A stretch of 64,000 nt of DNA from assembly GCA_963974765.1 (NCBI GenBank), contig CAXBEI010000002.1:588450-652449 (forward strand). Direction: 5' to 3'. The notes beneath the pieces were generated by a model. The model was not told the DNA's origin, did not search any database, and was given only the letters and a program-made list of their open reading frames with translations. Below, piece after piece: positions 1-9,389 of the stretch (the stretch's first letter is position 1; every line of letters starts with the position of its first letter). This DNA comes from an uncultured Sphingorhabdus sp. Its GTDB lineage: Bacteria; Pseudomonadota; Alphaproteobacteria; Sphingomonadales; Sphingomonadaceae. The translations under genes and the position numbers were made by a program.

Positions 1-1
1 T

Positions 2-895
2 GACGACTATAATGTCGAAGATCTGAAGGGCAAAGACGCGACGTTCGACGTTGTCGTCGCCGAAGTTCAGAAGCCTAAGGAAGCCAAGGCGGACGACGAA
101 ATGGCGAAATCCATGGGTCTCGAAGGCATCGACCAGCTGACCGAACTGCTCAAGGGGCAGATCGAACAGGAACTCAACGGCCTGACCCGCACCCATATGA
201 AGCGCAAGCTGCTCGACCAGCTCGCCGCCAGCCATGATTTCGAAGTACCACCGGGCATGGTCGAAGCCGAGTTCAACCAGATCTGGCAGCAACTCGAGCA
301 GGAAGCCGAGCAGGAAGAAGATTCCGAAGCCGCGCGCAAGGAAATGGAAGACGAGAAGGACGAATATCGCGATATCGCCGTTCGTCGCGTTCGTCTCGGA
401 TTGCTGCTTTCGGAAATCGGCCAGGCCAATGGCGTTGAAGTCAGCCAGCAGGAAATGGGCATGCTGATCCAGCAAGCGGCGCAGCAATATCGCGCGGAAG
501 ATCGTGAGCGGTTTGTTCAGTATATCCAGCAGGACCAGATGGCCGCGGCTCAGCTTCGTGCGCCAATGTACGAAGACAAGGTTGTCGACTTCCTGTTTGA
601 TAAGGCAGACGTCACCGACCGCAAGGTAACGCGCGAAGAACTGGAAGCGGCGATCGAGGCAGAAGACGAAGCTGAAGCCAAGCCAGCTGCCAAGAAAAAG
701 GCTCCGGCGAAGAAGGCTGCTGCCAAGAAACCTGCCGCGAAAAAAGACGACGCTGAAAAGGCGCCAGCCAAGAAAGCCGCAGCGAAAAAGGCTCCGGCCA
801 AAACTGCTGCGGAAAAGGCACCTGCGAAAAAGCCGGCGGCCAAGAAGCCCGCAGCCAAGAAGCCTGCTGCCAAAAAGGCTGCAGCCAAGAAATAA
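2..895 (+). CDS. tig: Trigger factor, 5'-truncated by the window edge, with a Lys/Ala/Pro-rich C-terminal tail
   Basis: The frame is open from base 2 (DDYNVEDLKGKDATFDVVV...). It shows trigger factor C-domain motifs (RTHMKRKLLDQL, RRVRLGLLLSEIG, LRAPMYEDKVVDF) and lies upstream of clpP-clpX, the usual synteny. Confidence 0.95.
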   Translation, partial: DDYNVEDLKGKDATFDVVVAEVQKPKEAKADDEMAKSMGLEGIDQLTELLKGQIEQELNGLTRTHMKRKLLDQLAASHDFEVPPGMVEAEFNQIWQQLEQEAEQEEDSEAARKEMEDEKDEYRDIAVRRVRLGLLLSEIGQANGVEVSQQEMGMLIQQAAQQYRAEDRERFVQYIQQDQMAAAQLRAPMYEDKVVDFLFDKADVTDRKVTREELEAAIEAEDEAEAKPAAKKKAPAKKAAAKKPAAKKDDAEKAPAKKAAAKKAPAKTAAEKAPAKKPAAKKPAAKKPAAKKAAAKK

Positions 896-913
896 GCCTT
901 CTGACTTGATTAT

Positions 914-950
914 AAAAAAGCCGGGCAGGGAGGACCTGTCCGGCTTTTTT
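914..950. terminator. Bidirectional intrinsic terminator between convergent tig and the clpP paralogue
   Basis: AAAAAAGCCGGGCAGG-loop-CCTGTCCGGCTTTTTT. Confidence 0.85.
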
Positions 951-1001
951 ATATATTGCTTTCAGCAGATGCCCGTCGGCATCTGGCGGTTTTAGCCAAT
1001 C

Positions 1002-1658
1002 TTAAAAGGTGACTTCGCTAGCCCTGTCGATGACCGTACCGAGAATGCCATATTCCTTGGCTTCGTCCGTACCCATCCAGTAATCGCGATCAATATCCTT
1101 GCGGACGCGTTCAACATCCTGTCCGGTTTCTTCGGCGATAATTCGAGCGAGCCGCTCGCGCATCTTTACGATTTCCTGCGCCTGAATGGCGATATCCGAG
1201 GCCTTGCCACCAGCACCGCCGGATGGCTGATGGATCAGAAATCTTGTGTTTGGCAGGCAGAAGCGCCGCTCCTTGGGCACGCCCAGGAAAATATGGGTGC
1301 CGGCGCTGGCCACCCATCCGGTTCCGATCATCGCGACTGGCGAACTGATGTAGCGGACCAGATCATGGATCGTGTCACCCGATTCGACATGACCGCCGGG
1401 AGAGTTCAGAAAAATGCGGATAGGGTCATGATTGACATGGTCGAGATAGAGCAATTGCGTGGCCACGCGTTCGGCCAGCTTCTGGTCAATTCCGCCGAAT
1501 ATCATGATCGTGCGGGCTTCCAGAAATTTTGTCATCATGGCACCCGGTAGGCCGCCGGACTTATTCTCTTCGTCCTCTTCGTCATTGTTAAATGTGGGAG
1601 AGATTGGGCTGTTGTTGGTTGTCATTCTGGACTCCGCTAATGGAATTTTGAGAAGCAC
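1002..1658 (-). CDS. clpP: ATP-dependent Clp protease proteolytic subunit, second paralogue (start uncertain, possibly MTTNN)
   Basis: FLNSPGG, WVASAG (catalytic Ser), IHQPSGG (His) and DIDRDYWM (Asp), plus EAKEYGILGTVI. Confidence 0.9.
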   Translation of the reverse strand: MLLKIPLAESRMTTNNSPISPTFNNDEEDEENKSGGLPGAMMTKFLEARTIMIFGGIDQKLAERVATQLLYLDHVNHDPIRIFLNSPGGHVESGDTIHDLVRYISSPVAMIGTGWVASAGTHIFLGVPKERRFCLPNTRFLIHQPSGGAGGKASDIAIQAQEIVKMRERLARIIAEETGQDVERVRKDIDRDYWMGTDEAKEYGILGTVIDRASEVTF

Positions 1659-1786
1659 CGATCACCGGATGATCAGCATTGTCTTGATCAACATGTAGGG
1701 ATAGCGCGCATGGTGCGCAATGATCGTCGTATCGGAGACGTGATTTTTACAGATGACATTCCTTCCTATGGAACATCGTTAAAGCC

Positions 1787-1815
1787 CTTGAACAATTCCG
1801 CGATAATCCCGATGT
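1787..1815 (+). promoter_or_regulatory. Putative sigma-32 (RpoH) promoter of clpP
   Basis: CTTGAA-N15-CCCGATGT, close to the heat-shock consensus CTTGAA-N13-15-CCCCATnT, about 33 nt upstream of clpP. Confidence 0.55.
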
Positions 1816-1848
1816 AGTATCGAAGCCAAAAACAGGACAATTTTCAAG

Positions 1849-2472
1849 ATGCATGATCCGATTACAAACGCTCTAATCCCTATGGTTGTAGAACAATCCA
1901 ACCGGGGCGAGCGCAGTTTCGATATTTTTTCCCGGCTGCTGCGTGAACGGATCGTTTTCGTCACCGGTCCGGTCGAGGACGGGATGGCTTCGATCATCAC
2001 CGCGCAATTGCTCTTTCTGGAATCGGAAAACCCGAAGAAGGATATCTATCTCTATATCAACTCGCCCGGCGGCGTTGTGACTGCCGGCATGGCGATCCAT
2101 GATACGATGCAGTATATCCGCCCTCGCGTCGGTACGGTGTGCGTCGGCCAGGCGGCCTCTATGGGCAGCTTCCTGCTTGCGGCGGGCGAACCCGGCATGC
2201 GGATGGCGACGACCAATGCCCGGATCATGGTGCATCAACCCTCCGGCGGTGCGCAGGGTATGGCATCGGATATCGAAATCCAGGCCAAGGAAATATTGCG
2301 TATTCGCAGCAGTATGAATGACCTTTATGCGAAATATACCGGCAAACCTTTGGCAGAAATCGAAGCGGCCATGGACCGGGATACATTCATGGAAGCCGAC
2401 GAAGCCAAGGCATTCGGCATTGTTGACGAAGTTTATGACAAGCGTCCGGTGCCATCAGAAGATAATAAATAA
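1849..2472 (+). CDS. clpP: ATP-dependent Clp protease proteolytic subunit ClpP
   Basis: [50 protein letters not shown]; adjacent to clpX. Confidence 0.97.
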   Translation: MHDPITNALIPMVVEQSNRGERSFDIFSRLLRERIVFVTGPVEDGMASIITAQLLFLESENPKKDIYLYINSPGGVVTAGMAIHDTMQYIRPRVGTVCVGQAASMGSFLLAAGEPGMRMATTNARIMVHQPSGGAQGMASDIEIQAKEILRIRSSMNDLYAKYTGKPLAEIEAAMDRDTFMEADEAKAFGIVDEVYDKRPVPSEDNK

Positions 2473-2611
2473 GCGGTTAGCGCGGCCCTAAATGAAATTT
2501 AAGCCATATTTGATAGACTTGGCTATTCGCTAGGAAAGCTGCGAAAAAAGCGGTGGCAATTTGCAATATGACGGTTAGATATACAATATTGGCCGGTTTA
2601 AAGGACTTTTT

Positions 2612-3883
2612 ATGACGAAATTGACGGGATCTGATTCGAAGAGCACATTATATTGCTCTTTCTGTGGCAAATCCCAACATGAAGTCCGCAAGCTGATTGC
2701 CGGACCCACCGTTTTCATCTGCGATGAATGCGTCGAGCTGTGCAATGACATCATTCGCGAGGAAACCAAGGGCGCCGCTACCGGCCGTAAAGACGGTGAA
2801 GTGCCAACACCGCAGGAAATTTGCGATGTGCTGAACGATTATGTGATCGGCCAGAAACGCGCGAAACGCGTGCTGTCGGTCGCTGTTCACAATCATTACA
2901 AGCGCCTCAACCACGCCGCAAAATCCGGTGATATCGAACTGGCGAAGTCTAACATCCTGCTCGTGGGTCCGACTGGCTGCGGTAAAACGCTTTTGGCGCA
3001 GACTCTGGCGAAGACATTTGATGTGCCGTTCACCATGGCCGATGCCACGACATTGACCGAGGCCGGCTATGTCGGTGAAGACGTCGAGAATATCATCCTC
3101 AAGCTGTTGCAGGCGTCCGACTATAATGTCGAGAAAGCCCAGCGCGGCATTGTCTATATCGATGAAATCGACAAGATCAGCCGCAAGGCGGAAAATCCGT
3201 CGATCACCCGCGATGTATCGGGAGAAGGCGTTCAGCAGGCCCTGCTGAAGCTGATGGAAGGCACAACCGCCAGTGTTCCGCCACAGGGCGGTCGCAAGCA
3301 TCCGCAGCAGGAATTTCTGCAGGTTGATACCACCAATATATTGTTCATCTGCGGAGGCGCATTTGCTGGTCTGGAAAAGATCATCGGTGACCGTCTGGAA
3401 GGCAAGTCGATCGGTTTCGGCGCCCATGTCGCTGCTCCCGAAGAACGCCGTATCGGAGAACTGCTGGCACAGGGCGAGCCCGAAGATTTGTTGAAATTCG
3501 GTTTGATCCCGGAATTTGTCGGTCGTTTGCCGGTGATCGCCACGCTCGAAGATCTCGATGTCGATGCGCTTGTGACAATTCTTCAGGAACCGAAAAACGC
3601 GCTGGTGAAGCAATATGCCAAATTGTTCGAACTGGAAGACGTCGGCTTGACCTTCACCGATGACGCACTGGTAGCGGTTGCCAATAAGGCGATCGAACGG
3701 AAAACCGGTGCGCGTGGCCTGCGGTCCATCGTCGAGAATATCCTGCTCGACACCATGTTCGACCTGCCCGATTTTGAAGGCGTCGACGAGATTGTGATCG
3801 ACAAGGATGTCATTGCCGGCACCAAAGAACCGGTCAAGGTGATCGCGAAAAGCAGCAAGGCGAAGAAGGAAGACGCCGCTTAG
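2612..3883 (+). CDS. clpX: ATP-dependent Clp protease ATP-binding subunit ClpX
   Basis: Zinc finger CSFCGK...CDECVELC, Walker A GPTGCGKT, Walker B IDEIDK, IGF loop, GARGLR. Confidence 0.98.
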   Translation: MTKLTGSDSKSTLYCSFCGKSQHEVRKLIAGPTVFICDECVELCNDIIREETKGAATGRKDGEVPTPQEICDVLNDYVIGQKRAKRVLSVAVHNHYKRLNHAAKSGDIELAKSNILLVGPTGCGKTLLAQTLAKTFDVPFTMADATTLTEAGYVGEDVENIILKLLQASDYNVEKAQRGIVYIDEIDKISRKAENPSITRDVSGEGVQQALLKLMEGTTASVPPQGGRKHPQQEFLQVDTTNILFICGGAFAGLEKIIGDRLEGKSIGFGAHVAAPEERRIGELLAQGEPEDLLKFGLIPEFVGRLPVIATLEDLDVDALVTILQEPKNALVKQYAKLFELEDVGLTFTDDALVAVANKAIERKTGARGLRSIVENILLDTMFDLPDFEGVDEIVIDKDVIAGTKEPVKVIAKSSKAKKEDAA

Positions 3884-3939
3884 AAAATCCGGCTCTTTCC
3901 TTGGTCCTGCGTTGCAATCCCGACGAATGGCTTAGGCAT

Positions 3940-4440
3940 CTAGATATTAAAACGGTCGTGGCAGTTTACCGGCTGCCCACGGTCATTTTTGACCTTAATA
4001 ATCCTGGATATGTCTGCCCAGAAAACACCATCAGTTTGTCGAGGGTTTGTTGCATCTACTAATGCGACGAAGCAGATTCCATTTGAAGCCAGCGCCCTGA
4101 TTGTCTCGATATAGGCTGTAGTGCCGGCCTTCTTTTCGAGGCGCACTACCACATATCTGCCCACGCTATCAGGTCCGACGTCGTCAGGATCATCGTCGAC
4201 CAGCTCAGTCGCAATGTCTCTCACCTCAACACCATTTTTAATCCAAGCGGCTTGAGCTTGGTCATAGTACGGTAATTTATCGATGAATGCTTTGTCGGAA
4301 AAAGTTAAAGCCGCAATCGTTGTGCCCAATTGAACATCAGCAGATTGATCAGTACTTCGGTTGAAACTGTACCAACACAAATTGGCAAGGATAAGCGCAA
4401 GGCAGATGCCGACAAGAATTTTGCGTTCAATTTTTAACAC
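3940..4440 (-). CDS. Hypothetical membrane-anchored protein (GTG start at 4440 assumed; the ORF is open further upstream into mtgA)
   Basis: Open frame with an N-terminal hydrophobic segment (ILVGICLALILANLCWY); visibly more AT-rich than its neighbours. Confidence 0.55.
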   Translation of the reverse strand: MLKIERKILVGICLALILANLCWYSFNRSTDQSADVQLGTTIAALTFSDKAFIDKLPYYDQAQAAWIKNGVEVRDIATELVDDDPDDVGPDSVGRYVVVRLEKKAGTTAYIETIRALASNGICFVALVDATNPRQTDGVFWADISRIIKVKNDRGQPVNCHDRFNI

Positions 4441-4459
4441 AGTAGATGTGCGTACATAT

Positions 4460-5125
4460 TCAATTGTAAATACAGCTATCCAGCCCCTCGTTGGCCACCA
4501 CATTGATCCGCGCCGCAATCGTATTGCCATAGCGACGGGTGAAGCCGCTGACGCCGTTGACAGCGCGTTTCTTGGGCAAGGGCAGGGCAGCCGCGATGCG
4601 TGCTGCCTCAATCTTGGTTAGATCCTTCGCGTCTTTGTTGAAATAGCGCTGTGCGCCCGCCTGCACGCCATAGGTGCCGATGCCGGTTTCCGCGATATTG
4701 AGATAGACTTCCATGATCCGGTGCTTGCTCCAGATCGTCTCGATCAGGAATGTGAAATAGGCTTCCAGACCTTTGCGGAAGAAGCCGCCGCCCTGCCAGA
4801 GAAAGGCATTTTTCGCGACTTGCTGCGAAATGGTTGAGCCGCCGCGTATCCGACCTCCCTGGGCATTGCGCTGGATTGCTTTCTGGATCGCTTCCGTATC
4901 AAACCCATTATGGCTGCAAAACTTGCTATCCTCGGCAGCGATCACCGCCCGCGCCATATTCGGGGATATGTCGCTGAAACTCGTCCAGTCCTTGGTGATC
5001 CCGTTTCCGTCCATGATCATCGTCGCAGTAATCGGGGGAGGCACAATTGCGTAAATGCCAACCCAGGCGACAGTGATCAGGATGAAATAGACGATGAATT
5101 TGAGGAGAAACTTGATTGCCCGCAT
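4460..5125 (-). CDS. mtgA: Monofunctional biosynthetic peptidoglycan transglycosylase
   Basis: GT51 motifs AAEDSKFCSHNGFD, RGGSTISQQVAKN, RKGLE, EVYLNIAETG. Confidence 0.93.
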   Translation of the reverse strand: MRAIKFLLKFIVYFILITVAWVGIYAIVPPPITATMIMDGNGITKDWTSFSDISPNMARAVIAAEDSKFCSHNGFDTEAIQKAIQRNAQGGRIRGGSTISQQVAKNAFLWQGGGFFRKGLEAYFTFLIETIWSKHRIMEVYLNIAETGIGTYGVQAGAQRYFNKDAKDLTKIEAARIAAALPLPKKRAVNGVSGFTRRYGNTIAARINVVANEGLDSCIYN

Positions 5126-5142
5126 CGCAGCAGTCTAAATGG

Positions 5143-5178
5143 AAAACGCCCCGAAAACAAATTATGTTTCGGGGCGCT
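5143..5178 (-). terminator. Intrinsic terminator downstream of rpoH
   Basis: Minus strand reads CGCCCCGAAA-loop-TTTCGGGGCG followed by TTTT. Confidence 0.7.
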
Positions 5179-5209
5179 TGCCAATAGTTTTTAGAGTGGT
5201 CTTCGAGAC

Positions 5210-6121
5210 CTAGCTTGCTGCCAGTAGCTGCTTTTCTCCCGCAATGCGAAGCATCGCCTTTTGCAGTTTCTCGAAAGCGCGGACTTCAATCTGTCTGATG
5301 CGTTCGCGGCTGACTTCATAGACCTTGCTCAGATCCTCGAGCGTCTTCGGATCTTCCGACAAGCGGCGTTCAGCCAAAATATGCTGTTCGCGTTCGTTCA
5401 GCGAGCCCATGGCTTCGGTCAGCATTTCATGGCGGAAGTTGGCTTCCTGGGCAGCAGCGATGGATTCATCGTGCAGCGGGCCGTCGTCTTCCAATATGTC
5501 CTGCCACTGCCCGCCATCGCCATCTTCGGACGAAAGCGAGACGTTCAGCGAAGCATCGCCACCCATCGACATGCGGCGGTTCATATTGACCACTTCATGC
5601 TCGGCAACGCCGAGATCGGTGGAAATTTTCTGGACATCTTCTGGCGACAGATCGCCATCCTCGAAGGCATCGAGATTATTCTTCATCCGGCGCAGGTTGA
5701 AGAAAAGCTTCTTCTGTGCGGCGGTTGTCCCCATTTTGACGAGGCTCCAGCTGCGCAGCACATATTCCTGTATAGACGCACGGATCCACCACATCGCGTA
5801 GGTCGCGAGGCGAAAACCGCGTTCAGGTTCAAATTTCTTCACGCCCTGCATCAGACCGACATTGCCTTCGGAAATGAGATCCGAGACCGGCAGGCCATAG
5901 CCGCGAAAGCCCATCGCGATCTTGGCGACGAGTCGCAGATGCGACGTAACCAACTGGGCTGCTGCTTCCTGATCCTTGTGTTCAGAATAGCGTTTCGCCA
6001 GCATATATTCTTGTTCTGGGGTCAATAACGGAAATTTACGAACTTCCGAGAGATATCGGTTCAGGCTCGCGTCCCCCCCTAAGGCAGGGATTTTTGCCGG
6101 AACATTGCTACCATTAGCCAT
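5210..6121 (-). CDS. rpoH: RNA polymerase sigma-32 factor RpoH
   Basis: SHLRLVAKIA, LISEGNVGLMQGVKKFEP, RpoH box region WSLVKMGTTAAQKKLFFNLR, region 4 VSRERIRQIE; start taken at MANGS. Confidence 0.96.
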   Translation of the reverse strand: MANGSNVPAKIPALGGDASLNRYLSEVRKFPLLTPEQEYMLAKRYSEHKDQEAAAQLVTSHLRLVAKIAMGFRGYGLPVSDLISEGNVGLMQGVKKFEPERGFRLATYAMWWIRASIQEYVLRSWSLVKMGTTAAQKKLFFNLRRMKNNLDAFEDGDLSPEDVQKISTDLGVAEHEVVNMNRRMSMGGDASLNVSLSSEDGDGGQWQDILEDDGPLHDESIAAAQEANFRHEMLTEAMGSLNEREQHILAERRLSEDPKTLEDLSKVYEVSRERIRQIEVRAFEKLQKAMLRIAGEKQLLAAS

Positions 6122-6196
6122 TTTCGTTCCTTCTTTGTTGCGCCTCCGGGCCTCATTAAGCACCCTTTGGTCAAAAGCGGATATAAGGTGTATTAC

Positions 6197-7150
6197 CTAT
6201 ACACGCAACTTCATGAATAGTTCCTGCATATCGTCCGGAAAACCGATAGAAAACATCAATTTTTCATCCGTTATGGGGTGAACAAATCCAAGACTAGCAG
6301 CATGAAGCGCCTGGCGTCCAAATTGAATATCTTTCCGACGGGAAAGCATTGATTTTCGACGAGTGCCATAGAGCGGGTCACCAATCAGACTATGCCCAAT
6401 ATGGGTCATATGGACCCGGACCTGATGGGTGCGTCCTGTTTCCAGCGTACATTCGACCAGAGCAGCTCCGTCGAGCATTTCCTTCACCGTATAATGAGTC
6501 ATCGCCGACTTGCCCCGGTCATCGCCGACAACCGCCATTTTCTTGCGATTGACATTGCTACGGCCGATGCTGCCCTCGATGGTTGCCATCGGAGGATTGG
6601 GCCGGCCGTTGACGATCGCCATATAGCGGCGTTCGATGTCATGTTCGGCGAACAGCGCGCTCAGGCCCTGGTGCGCGGCATCGGTTTTGGCCGCGACCAT
6701 TAGTCCCGACGTATCCTTGTCGATCCGGTGGACAATCCCCGGTCTGGTCACGCCGCCAATGCCCGATAACTGCCCCCGACAATGGTGCAGCAGCGCGTTG
6801 ACCAGAGTACCATCGGCATGACCGGCTGCCGGATGAACCACCAGGCCCGCCGGTTTGTTGATGACGATCAGATGCGTGTCTTCGAATATCACATCGAGCG
6901 CTATGTCCTGCGCCAGGGCAGGGCCGGCAATCGGTTCCGGGATGGTCAGCTCAAATGGCTTGCCGCCGATTTTCTTCGCTGACGGATCGGTAAATTTCGC
7001 GCCATCCAGCACAAGGTTGCCGCTCGAGATAAGCGATTTAACCCGCTCGCGCGAAAGCCCGTCCACCGCTTCTGTCAAAGCCGCATCGAGACGCTGTTTT
7101 TTCTCAGTTTCCGGTAATGTTCCGGATATTGTGGATTGCCCCGCATTCAT
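6197..7150 (-). CDS. rluD: RluA-family 23S rRNA pseudouridine synthase (RluD-like)
   Basis: S4-like N-terminus, VINKPAGLVVHP, RPGIVHRIDKDTSG (catalytic Asp), LETGRTHQVRVH, GDPLYG; upstream of rpoH. Confidence 0.88.
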   Translation of the reverse strand: MNAGQSTISGTLPETEKKQRLDAALTEAVDGLSRERVKSLISSGNLVLDGAKFTDPSAKKIGGKPFELTIPEPIAGPALAQDIALDVIFEDTHLIVINKPAGLVVHPAAGHADGTLVNALLHHCRGQLSGIGGVTRPGIVHRIDKDTSGLMVAAKTDAAHQGLSALFAEHDIERRYMAIVNGRPNPPMATIEGSIGRSNVNRKKMAVVGDDRGKSAMTHYTVKEMLDGAALVECTLETGRTHQVRVHMTHIGHSLIGDPLYGTRRKSMLSRRKDIQFGRQALHAASLGFVHPITDEKLMFSIGFPDDMQELFMKLRV

Positions 7151-7166
7151 CGCGTAGATGTGGGCC

Positions 7167-7598
7167 ATGCAACTGTTTATATCAAGCGCCATGTTGGCCG
7201 AACTCCAGCGCCTGGCCCTTGCGGCCGTGCCGCAGGAAGTCTGCGGGATCTTGTTTGGCCGCGATGGCAAGGTCAGCACCTATCGCGCAGCGGCAAATGT
7301 GGCCGATGATCCGGTCCGGCATTTCGAGATTGATCCCGCCATATTGATCGCGGCGGAGCGCGACGCGCGAGACGGCGGCGAGGCGATCCTCGGCTATTAT
7401 CACTCGCATCCCGGGGGAATCGTGAAGCCTTCGATGACCGATGCCGGAAGCGCCGCGCCGGACGGGCGGCTCTGGCTGATATTGAACGGGCAGGAGGCAG
7501 CAGCATGGCACGCAGTTGAAAAGGGCGAACTTTATGGTCGTTTCAACGCGATCACCCTTGATTGCTCGGGTGCAAAAGGCCAAACAGCCGCGGAATGA
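7167..7598 (+). CDS. JAB/MPN (Mov34, peptidase M67) domain protein
   Basis: EVCGILFG plus the JAMM motif YHSHPGGIVKPSMTD (HxH-x7-S-x2-D). Confidence 0.88.
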   Translation: MQLFISSAMLAELQRLALAAVPQEVCGILFGRDGKVSTYRAAANVADDPVRHFEIDPAILIAAERDARDGGEAILGYYHSHPGGIVKPSMTDAGSAAPDGRLWLILNGQEAAAWHAVEKGELYGRFNAITLDCSGAKGQTAAE

Positions 7599-7622
7599 AA
7601 TTACAGTTAAGGGCGCGTTTAT

Positions 7623-8264
7623 ATGTCGAATAGTGAAGTTGACCTGGCATCACTGCTTTGTTCGAAAATATGCCATGATCTGCTCAGCCCGGTCGGAGCG
7701 CTCAACAACGGACTGGAACTGCTGGAAGGCGAAACCGATCCGGTGATGCGCGATCGCTGCATGGACTTGCTGGCGGACAGTGCCAGAGCATCGGCCGACA
7801 AATTGAAATATTTCCGGCTCGCTTTTGGTGCCGCCGGTGGCTTCGGCGACAATGTCGATCCGGCAGAGGCGCGCCAGCTGATCGAATCGTTGCTTGGCGA
7901 TTCGGGCAAAATCACTCTGGGATGGGCCTTGCAGGGCGAGGCATTGCCGAAAAAGGCGATCAAGATCCTTCTCAATCTCGCGTTGATTGCAAAAGAATCC
8001 CTCGTCCGCGGCGGTCGACTGGACGTTGGTGCCGAGCAGGGTGAACTGGGCGTCGAAGTCGTCATCAGGGCAGAAGGCGCAAAAATCGCGCTTGATGAAG
8101 GCATCCGGACCGCTCTGGACGGCACAATAGCACCGGCCGATCTCAGCGCGCGAACAGCGGGCGCGTGGATGACCCGTGAACTGACGTTGAAAAATGGCGG
8201 CGATTTGCGGATTTCGCCACCGTCCACGACAGAATTGCTTTTGGGTGCTATCGTCACCGCTTGA
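7623..8264 (+). CDS. chpT: Histidine phosphotransferase ChpT family
   Basis: LASLLCSKICHDLLSPVGALNNGLELL and LKYFRLAFGAAG are characteristic of ChpT. Confidence 0.9.
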   Translation: MSNSEVDLASLLCSKICHDLLSPVGALNNGLELLEGETDPVMRDRCMDLLADSARASADKLKYFRLAFGAAGGFGDNVDPAEARQLIESLLGDSGKITLGWALQGEALPKKAIKILLNLALIAKESLVRGGRLDVGAEQGELGVEVVIRAEGAKIALDEGIRTALDGTIAPADLSARTAGAWMTRELTLKNGGDLRISPPSTTELLLGAIVTA

Positions 8265-8286
8265 GCTTTAAAAGGAGAGGTCTTTC

Positions 8287-8979
8287 ATGGATGTGATATG
8301 GACGCCGTCTCCGAATTTTGACGATCGCCAGTTGCCGATCAGCATTCTCGTCATGCATTATACCGGGATGAAGGATGCGGCGTCGGCGATCAACTGGCTG
8401 GCCAATCCCGAAGCCAAGGTCTCGGCCCATTATGTCGTGACCGAGGACGGCCAGATCGTACAGATGGTCGACGAGGAAAAGCGGGCCTGGCACGCAGGGC
8501 GCGGTTATTGGCGCGGAATCACCGATGTGAACAGCGCCAGCATCGGTATCGAGATCGTCAATCCCGGCCATGAATGGGGCTATGTTCCGTTTCCCGAAGA
8601 GCAAATGGATGCGGTGACCCGGCTTGCCCATTCGATCGTCCAGCGGCACGATATTTCGGCATCCAATGTGATCGGGCACAGCGATCTGGCGCCGGCGCGC
8701 AAGCAGGACCCGGGCGAATTGTTCGACTGGGATCGACTGGCCCGTCACGGCATTGCTTTGAAAAAACCGGCTGTGAAGCCGAACGAACCGCCCTGGACCG
8801 ATGGCGGTTTCATGCTGGCACTGGAACGGTTCGGCTATGATATTTCCGACCAGACCGCCGCCGTTGTCGCTTTTCAACGGCGCTTCCGGCCAAAAAATAT
8901 CGACGGCGTGATCGATGGCGAATGCCGCTCGCTGCTTTTGTCTTTAATGTTGGACAGAGAGCGCGGAATCACTAAATAG
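8287..8979 (+). CDS. N-acetylmuramoyl-L-alanine amidase (Amidase_2, AmpD/AmiD-like) with C-terminal PG-binding segment
   Basis: LVMHYTG, VSAHY, RAWHAG, SIGIEIVN, IGHSDLAPARKQDPG, AFQRRFRP. Confidence 0.92.
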   Translation: MDVIWTPSPNFDDRQLPISILVMHYTGMKDAASAINWLANPEAKVSAHYVVTEDGQIVQMVDEEKRAWHAGRGYWRGITDVNSASIGIEIVNPGHEWGYVPFPEEQMDAVTRLAHSIVQRHDISASNVIGHSDLAPARKQDPGELFDWDRLARHGIALKKPAVKPNEPPWTDGGFMLALERFGYDISDQTAAVVAFQRRFRPKNIDGVIDGECRSLLLSLMLDRERGITK

Positions 8980-8984
8980 GGCGC

Positions 8985-9340
8985 ACCAGAGGGTCGGCCA
9001 GCCGCGGCATTTATGTCGAGGAAAGTCCGGGCTCCACGATTAAAAGGTGCCGGATAACGTCCGGCGGGGGCAACCCTAGGGAAAGTGCAACAGAAAGCAG
9101 GTCGCGACGACTTCGGTCACGTGACAATGAAAGGGTGCGGTAAGAGCGCACCGCGGGACTGGCAACAGGCCTGGCATGGTAAACCCCACCTGGAGCAAAA
9201 CCAAATAGGGGCGGCATATGGCTTTTTCGGCTTGCTGCCCGGGTTGGTTGCTTGAGCCACGCAGCAATGCATGGCCTAGATGAATGGCTGGCTATTTCGC
9301 TTCGGCGGATGGACAGAACCCGGCTTACAGACCCTCTGGT
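8985..9340 (+). ncRNA. rnpB: RNase P RNA, bacterial type A
   Basis: Conserved GAGGAAAGTCCGGGCTCC, GGAAAGTGCAACAGAAA, GGTAAACCCCAC..GAGCAA and ACAGAACCCGGCTTA; terminal ACCAGAGGGTC pairs with GACCCTCTGGT. Confidence 0.96.
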
Positions 9341-9389
9341 ATTATCTTTGCGGTGGAACTCGCCGGGTTCCTCTGTTAGAATAGAGACT

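Noticed and set aside
661-895. Short tandem DNA repeats in the tig tail (and the topA tail at 63001-63142) as a CRISPR array or VNTR
   Set aside because: They are degenerate codon-level repeats of a K/A/P peptide inside a CDS, with no unique spacers and no cas genes.
2648-3613. Long antisense ORFs (for example 2648-3613, 5261-6028, 25700-27037, 37221-38237, 45769-46833, 53978-55426)
   Set aside because: They are shadow frames opposite well-supported genes, common in GC-rich DNA, with no recognisable motifs.
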